A stretch of 39,086 bases of DNA from Candidatus Woesearchaeota archaeon (lineage in GTDB: Archaea; Nanobdellota; Nanobdellia; Pacearchaeales; GW2011-AR1). A program made the translations under genes and the position numbers. Where the stretch lies: assembly GCA_964653605.1 (NCBI GenBank), contig CAZZGW010000004.1, forward strand, positions 1 to 39,086. Reading direction: 5' to 3'. Under the pieces are notes generated by a model. It was not told the DNA's origin, searched no databases, and worked only from the letters and a program-made list of their open reading frames with translations. Shown here piece by piece: positions 34,182 to 39,086 of this stretch; position 1 is the first letter of the stretch, and the number at the start of each line of letters is the position of its first letter.

Positions 34182-36533
34182 TTAACAAGGATCATTAGCA
34201 GTTCCATCCCATCCAGCCATACGGGCCATTAGCCACCAAAATGCTCTTGCTTTTCTATAACAATTATACTCGTGGCTATGTGCACAAGAATAAGTTTGTG
34301 TTAAAATAGGGCTACATTCACTAGAATGCGAAGAACACCAAGTGTAACACCATTGACAGTAATCTGTTCCAGAGGAATAAAAAACCCCATTTGGATTATA
34401 ACTTTCTATATCGGCGAAATCAAAGAGAATACCATCCACTTCATTAACATGATCTCTTATAATATCGTTAGCTTCTTTAACTGCTTGATTTGCTTCTAAA
34501 TGCCCTGTCATGTAAATAAATTTAACATCATACTGATTCTTTATCGATTCCGCAGGGCCAAGGTAATGAGAATACATATTATCTTCATGATCATTAACTT
34601 GTCCGCACCAAGACCACATAACAACATTTATGTTTCCATGACTTTCCAGATAATTTTCTGTAGCTTCGGCCCAATCTGAATATCCAATGTCGCTTGCTGA
34701 AGAGGCATATGAGGCCATTGCATCGTCATGGAATTCTAAGTCATTACTTCCTGTCCCTATATTATAAGGAGATCCTTTTAATCTTTCTAAACCTTCAAGC
34801 CCAGAAGGTATTTGAGACCCATGACTGGTATGTTCATAAGCGATTCTAAATTCATCCTTAGCACGTTCAATCCAACAACTAGGAATAATATCAAAGTCGT
34901 CTGCAGAAGCATGGTCTGCAATAATTGCGCCAGTATTAGGATATGCTGTATTTGTTACACAAGCTCCATTGGTGCAAGTTTGACTTGAAGTACAAGCATT
35001 TGTGTTTGAACAAACATGGTTATCTGTGCAGGCATCTGTAGTACAAGCACTATTATCATTACAGTCAGTGTTAGAATTACAACATCCGTTTATATCTGTA
35101 CGAACACAATCTCCTACAGCATTGCATGTGTCCGTTGTACAAACATCATAGTCATTACAGTCCGTGTTAGAAGTACAACACCCATTTATCTCTGAATGGT
35201 AACATGTTCCAGAGTCACAAGTGTCAGTTGTACAATCATTATTATCGCTACACTGAGTAGCAGAAGTACACTCGATGCATCTTCCATAAGCGTCACAAAT
35301 TTCATCATCAGAGCATCCTGGGGTGCATTCTCCTTGGCATCCGTCATTACCACACTCTTTATTTTCACAATCTGGCTGACAAGCGCTTTCAGATTCTTGG
35401 CAACCAATTGTCTCAAAAATACAATTAACATTACATTTTAAGATTCCATCGGGATTATCAATCCCAAAAGTAGCACAAGTTTCCCCACTTAAATCAGTCC
35501 CATCACAACTTTCCCCTACTTCTACAATGTTATTGCCGCATATAGGCTCAGGGGGAGGTTCTTCCTTAGTAACACATTCATCAACTTCACAAAGTTGGTC
35601 AGAAGTACAAGTCTTATTAACGAAACTTTCATTTAAACATTTATCATACAAGTAAACCTTTGCCTGATAACAGAATAAAAGGAATCCTTTGTTACATTCT
35701 TCTTCTGGGACATCCTCTGGAGATTCATTTTCAGGCTCATCTTCTGAAGTCTCATTTTCTAGAGAATTGTTTAGAAGTTCTTCGAGATTTTCATCTTCAT
35801 CAGAAGGAGGTTGGTTATAAGTATTTTGTGGAGGATAAGGCCCACCCTCATCCTTAGAAGTTTTTACAAAATCCTCGCTTGTTGGAACGTAAGAATCTTC
35901 AACAGAGCCAACAACTCCTTCTCTTTCAGGAGTATTGTAAATAGGGGAAACTAAAACTTTGATTACCTTATCTCCATCAACTTTCTTTAAATCAAGGTGT
36001 ATGTCCCCTTTTCTAATTTCTGATTTGCTAAGTTCTATTTTAAAAATATCAAAGTTAGTTCCGTCATCAACGATAATTTTTACCCCAACTAATTCTTGGT
36101 CTTTTTCGTCAATATCTACATTTATATCTATAGAATCTTCTTCAATTTGAACGTTAGAAATTTTCATTTCTAAGTCTTGGGTTCCTAAATCTTTTCCTCC
36201 AATACCTTCTCCATCTAAAGCATTTGTAAAAATAATGAGAACAACTATCATTGTTATAACAACGGCCCCGATAAGTCCCCAGACAACTTTTCTCAGAGGG
36301 CTATTTACTATGTCTTGAATTGAATTTTGTTTAATTAAACTTCCAACACCCCTTCCTCCTTTTTGAATTCCTCTAGATGCTTGAGGATATGTTATTCTTT
36401 TAGTGTATCCCCCAGTTGCTTTTGGTTTTGGAAAAATCTTGGAACTACCTTTAGGCGAGGGTTTTTTTGAGGCTGGCTTCTTTGGAGTAATCTTCTTTGC
36501 AGTGCCTTCTGGTTTGTAATATCCTTTTTTCAT
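34182..36533 (-). CDS. Membrane-anchored Cys-rich surface protein with a bacterial-type C-terminal putative hydrolase domain
   Basis: Basic N-tail, one TM helix, acidic linker, three CxDxxxCTTDxC repeats, and a domain with HTSHGSQI, MWSWCGQ, YMTGH, DFADIESY and CAHSH. Confidence 0.75.
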   Translation of the reverse strand: MKKGYYKPEGTAKKITPKKPASKKPSPKGSSKIFPKPKATGGYTKRITYPQASRGIQKGGRGVGSLIKQNSIQDIVNSPLRKVVWGLIGAVVITMIVVLIIFTNALDGEGIGGKDLGTQDLEMKISNVQIEEDSIDINVDIDEKDQELVGVKIIVDDGTNFDIFKIELSKSEIRKGDIHLDLKKVDGDKVIKVLVSPIYNTPEREGVVGSVEDSYVPTSEDFVKTSKDEGGPYPPQNTYNQPPSDEDENLEELLNNSLENETSEDEPENESPEDVPEEECNKGFLLFCYQAKVYLYDKCLNESFVNKTCTSDQLCEVDECVTKEEPPPEPICGNNIVEVGESCDGTDLSGETCATFGIDNPDGILKCNVNCIFETIGCQESESACQPDCENKECGNDGCQGECTPGCSDDEICDAYGRCIECTSATQCSDNNDCTTDTCDSGTCYHSEINGCCTSNTDCNDYDVCTTDTCNAVGDCVRTDINGCCNSNTDCNDNSACTTDACTDNHVCSNTNACTSSQTCTNGACVTNTAYPNTGAIIADHASADDFDIIPSCWIERAKDEFRIAYEHTSHGSQIPSGLEGLERLKGSPYNIGTGSNDLEFHDDAMASYASSASDIGYSDWAEATENYLESHGNINVVMWSWCGQVNDHEDNMYSHYLGPAESIKNQYDVKFIYMTGHLEANQAVKEANDIIRDHVNEVDGILFDFADIESYNPNGVFYSSGTDYCQWCYTWCSSHSSECSPILTQTYSCAHSHEYNCYRKARAFWWLMARMAGWDGTANDPC

Positions 36534-36534
36534 T

Positions 36535-37410
36535 TTATCCCGCAGCTGCTGCCCCTGACGTAATTATGTTTGCTGCAGCTGAAACTAAAAATGAGACTAA
36601 CATCAAAGCGAATGAATGTCTTATTCCAGCCTTAACGCTGCCTTCGGATAATTTACCTATTGTTAACCCTGTAAAGAAACCCTGAATAAGCATTAAATAT
36701 AAGAAAGAACTAGAAATCTCTGCCTGGTCTATAGGTTCTCCTCCACTAAGTTCTCCGGTTCCCCCTCCTAAAACTCCGCCTGTGGCCACACCCACCTCGG
36801 CAATACCTGAGACCATAGGAAGTATTTGGAATTGCATAACTAATATAATAATAATGAATACAAAGAAGATTATATATCCCTGTATTACTAGCGTAGAAAT
36901 TGCCGCTTTTCTTTCTTTCTTCAATTTGTCTGCCGTACTAACAGCTTCTGCAACAGCCTCTAAAATCTCTCCAATGTCCCCCCCTGCTCTTTCGGCTTGC
37001 CCTATAAGCGTTAGGGCACGGGCAATTGTTTTATTGTTAACATCTTTTGAAAAAACATCCAATGCATAGTTTAAAGGAATACCTAAAGAAATTTGGTTAG
37101 CTAGTTTTTCAATATGAACTCTTAAAACTCCATAATTTTTATTTTTAACGTTGATTATACTTTTACTAATTGGAGTGCCAGTTTTAACACTTTCAACTAG
37201 ATTTCTACTAAATTCTAAGAACATCTCTTCTTTTTCAAGGCTAATTTTATTTTCTTTAATTATTGAAAAAACAAATGGAGAAGATGCAGCTAATACCCCC
37301 AATCCTACTAATAGGAAGAACAACTGAGATTCCCTAAGGAAGAGTAAAGCGATAGCTATTATAACCAAAGAGGCAATCATTCCTACAGCGTGTATTTTTT
37401 TTAATTCCAT
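36535..37410 (-). CDS. Type II secretion system F / PilC-TadC-FlaJ family membrane platform protein
   Basis: FSRNLVESVKTG, YGVL, AERAGGDIGEIL and LMLIQGFFTGL.IGKLSEGSVKAGIRH. Confidence 0.9.
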   Translation of the reverse strand: MELKKIHAVGMIASLVIIAIALLFLRESQLFFLLVGLGVLAASSPFVFSIIKENKISLEKEEMFLEFSRNLVESVKTGTPISKSIINVKNKNYGVLRVHIEKLANQISLGIPLNYALDVFSKDVNNKTIARALTLIGQAERAGGDIGEILEAVAEAVSTADKLKKERKAAISTLVIQGYIIFFVFIIIILVMQFQILPMVSGIAEVGVATGGVLGGGTGELSGGEPIDQAEISSSFLYLMLIQGFFTGLTIGKLSEGSVKAGIRHSFALMLVSFLVSAAANIITSGAAAAG

Positions 37411-37411
37411 T

Positions 37412-38890
37412 TTATTTTTTAAATTGCAAGAAAGTCAGGAAAACAATGTTAACCATCGTAACTGCAAGTACCATTATTATAGTAATCATATTTGTGCTCA
37501 TGGAAACGCCTAAACCACTCATTTTCATCATCATCAACAGAATCATTAAAATCATAGGAGCAGCAATAACAACACTAATGTAAATATCCATAAATGTTTC
37601 GTTTGCTTTTGTTTTCTTTTCCTTTTCTAACCCATGCTCAAATAAAAGTGTTTCTGCTCTCTTATTAAAAAATTGTGGTAAGTCTCCTCCAGAATTAATC
37701 GTTGTAGCTAAACCATTAAACAACTCAGATAACTTTTTACTTGGGCTTCTCTTTGCAGAACTCTTAAGGGCGCTTACAAAATCATATCCATAAATATTTA
37801 TCTCATTTATCAATTTAATAAATTCCTTTTCAAGCGAAGGATATTCTTTAGTGGAAATAATAATATTAAAGATCTTACTAGGATCAATCATAGAACCTGA
37901 AATTGCTGACATGTGAATTGTAGCAAAAGGAAGTTCCTCATCAATTTTTCTTTCAGCAGCTTTTCTTTCCATAGAAGGATAAGAAAGCATAACAAAAATT
38001 GTTAGCAAAGGAAATATAAATGGCATCCATATAACTCTTAACAATCTAGAGCCCAATTCTCCTTCTGCAAAATGTATAAAGGGTATATCCCCCGTAATTG
38101 AAAATATGAAAAAGAATATGGCTAGAAATAATCCTACTGCCGTAGCAATTACCGTAGAAAATAAAGCAACAGAAATATATCCCCTAGGGATAAATCTTAA
38201 ATTACCTTTTATTAAATCTTCTTCAAGAGTAGGGAATGCATTTTGTTGAACCATTCTATCAGCATAAGTAGAAAATACTTCGTTAGCTTTTTTAACAAAT
38301 GAGTTTGCTTTTTCTTCTTTTTTAACAATGACTGTTGTCTGGCTTTTCTTTGCCCTTTTTATTGTTTCTTTTTCTAAGGGTCCTGGTTTTAAATCCCCTT
38401 TTTTGTAAATTTTTTCAAATCCAATAGCCTCAATAAAAGATTTCCTAGGGAGTGGCCTATTTGGAAGTGGTCTAGGATCTTTTTCAGACCTATTTGGTTT
38501 AATAGCATATCCTTTGTTCTTTAAGTCCTTAATACCTTCTGCTTTCCCCAGATTTCTGACCATCCCTCTTTCCTTCTCTGATTGCTTGTAGGCTTTCTTT
38601 TTCGCCTCGTCTATTTTTGCCAGCTTTTTATCAGAAAGTTTTCCCTTAGATTTGGCATCTTCGTCTTGTGGCAATTTTTTCACTAATTTTATTTTATCTA
38701 ACTCTTCTGGAATCGAATTGTTGAAGTTCTTTAAAGAAACCTTAAGATTTCGAAGGTGGGTAGTGAGCATCCTTCTCTCACTTAAATTAGAATTTTTTAG
38801 GTGGGTCGTAGATGAGGCTATTTCTTTGATTAGTTTTTTCTCTTTTTCTATTATTTCTTTCAGGGGTTTAAATTTGTCAGGCTCTCTCAT
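37412..38890 (-). CDS. Type II secretion system F / PilC-TadC-FlaJ family protein with long basic N-terminal extension
   Basis: IDEELPFATIHMSAISGS, YGYDFVSALK, PSKKLSELFNGLATTINSGG and YISVVIAAP. Confidence 0.9.
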   Translation of the reverse strand: MREPDKFKPLKEIIEKEKKLIKEIASSTTHLKNSNLSERRMLTTHLRNLKVSLKNFNNSIPEELDKIKLVKKLPQDEDAKSKGKLSDKKLAKIDEAKKKAYKQSEKERGMVRNLGKAEGIKDLKNKGYAIKPNRSEKDPRPLPNRPLPRKSFIEAIGFEKIYKKGDLKPGPLEKETIKRAKKSQTTVIVKKEEKANSFVKKANEVFSTYADRMVQQNAFPTLEEDLIKGNLRFIPRGYISVALFSTVIATAVGLFLAIFFFIFSITGDIPFIHFAEGELGSRLLRVIWMPFIFPLLTIFVMLSYPSMERKAAERKIDEELPFATIHMSAISGSMIDPSKIFNIIISTKEYPSLEKEFIKLINEINIYGYDFVSALKSSAKRSPSKKLSELFNGLATTINSGGDLPQFFNKRAETLLFEHGLEKEKKTKANETFMDIYISVVIAAPMILMILLMMMKMSGLGVSMSTNMITIIMVLAVTMVNIVFLTFLQFKK

Positions 38891-38945
38891 TTGAATCTCC
38901 TTTTTACCCCTTGGAGAGATGAATGACAGTGAATTTTATTTTTTC

Positions 38946-39086
38946 TCATTTTATATATCCAGAAATTTTTTGCTGAGTCTCTAATATAAATTTCCTTAAT
39001 TTAGTAAAATCCTCATACTTTTCTCTTTTGTAGGCCTTTTCTAATTTTTTTTCAGCCTTTTCAAGAGATTCAATTAATTGCTTTAA
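38946..39086 (-). CDS. Partial helical hypothetical protein, 5' end outside the window
   Basis: Open frame LKQLIESLEKAEKKLEKAYKREKYEDFTKLRKFILETQQKISGYIK-stop, translated by hand. Confidence 0.6.
   Translation of the reverse strand, partial: LKQLIESLEKAEKKLEKAYKREKYEDFTKLRKFILETQQKISGYIK

Noticed and set aside
1-39086. tRNA, rRNA, IS elements or integrase genes
   Set aside because: No cloverleaf, rRNA-like segment, or transposase or recombinase motif was recognised by eye. A tRNAscan-SE/Infernal run would be needed to exclude small RNAs.

Overview
Archaeal chromosome segment. Gene content and style suggest a DPANN archaeon, most like Pacearchaeota/Woesearchaeota (inference, not a database result). 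The core backbone encodes Rad50 (5' part outside the window), proteasome beta subunit, aCPSF1, a presenilin-type protease, TrmB, CCA-adding enzyme, oapABC, RtcB and archease, a Cc1-like chromatin protein, YchF-type GTPase and two T2SS-F/PilC platform proteins. Accessory genes are interspersed, including several large Cys-rich or pilin-anchored surface proteins and a T9SS-tail protein. The main finding is a compact candidate RiPP operon at 23814-26362: a 59-aa precursor missing from the ORF track with a C-terminal CxxxCxxCxxC motif, a radical SAM/SPASM enzyme, a class I methyltransferase and an APH-like kinase. It sits in an apparent insertion hotspot marked by two relict copies of the rtcB 3' end (26373-26552 and 23727-23756). 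Gene-end duplications also occur at trmB (32 bp) and oapB (59 bp), with no integrase or transposase in view. I recognised no rRNA, tRNA, CRISPR array or IS.
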